A stretch of 13,705 nt of DNA. It comes from an uncultured Nitrososphaerota archaeon (lineage in GTDB: Archaea > Korarchaeota > Korarchaeia > Korarchaeales > Korarchaeaceae). The notes beneath the pieces were generated by a model. The model did no database searches. It was not told the origin of the DNA and worked only from the letters and a program-made list of their open reading frames with translations. The translations under genes and the position numbers were made by a program. The DNA lies in NCBI GenBank assembly GCA_964618805.1, contig CAZUBM010000018.1, positions 1 through 13,705 of the forward strand. Direction: 5' to 3'. Position 1 is the first letter of the stretch. Each line of letters begins with the position of its first letter. This document shows, piece after piece, positions 13,655-13,705 of this stretch.

Positions 13655-13705
13655 TCAGATCTCAATAGCTTCGTACTTAGTAGTTCCTATCCCCATCTCT
13701 TCTGC
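13655..13705 (-). CDS. 3' end of a probable DUF362-family Fe-S protein (enters from the window's right edge)
   Basis: Hand translation ...AEEMGIGTTKYEAIEI* (stop at 13655-13657) resembles the AExxGLGxxxYELIEv terminus of DUF362/4Fe-4S proteins. Only 16 residues are visible. Confidence 0.55.
   Translation of the reverse strand, partial: AEEMGIGTTKYEAIEI

Noticed and set aside
1-13705. CRISPR array, tRNA/rRNA, transposase, integrase or att sites
   Set aside because: None was recognised on either strand by eye. A covariance-model scan would be needed to exclude small or intron-containing RNAs.

Overview
Archaeal chromosomal window of roughly 40% GC, judged by eye. TATA/BRE promoters, several apparently leaderless genes, DUF131 and a CFI-box-CTERM-type surface protein point to an archaeon, plausibly a thermophilic TACK-type lineage (inference only). 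Left to right: (1) a divergent membrane/glycolipid cluster, with a UbiA prenyltransferase (truncated by the window edge, missing from the ORF track) and a wHTH regulator on the minus strand, facing a flippase-like LPG-synthase-TM protein and a strongly PIG-A-like GT4, with inverted repeats overlapping both promoters; (2) a divergent AIR-synthase-like protein, two small membrane proteins (one DUF131) and a probable gene remnant; (3) a stress/DNA trio: 3-methyladenine glycosylase, a rubredoxin missed by the ORF track, and an ATP-cone + Mrr-like nuclease fusion; (4) a secreted S-layer-like/Ca-repeat/transglutaminase-like (LapG-like) protein, an Ord-like amine dehydrogenase and an 844-aa DNRLRE + 4x Ig-like + PT-linker + CFI-box-CTERM surface protein ending in a perfect 12-bp hairpin; (5) a DUF364 protein and the 3' end of a probable DUF362 gene. 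No CRISPR array, tRNA, rRNA or mobile element was seen. The best candidates for an undescribed system are the regulated PIG-A/flippase/UbiA cluster, the ATP-cone nuclease and the possible protease-adhesin pair. All family calls come from motif recognition by eye, not from database searches.
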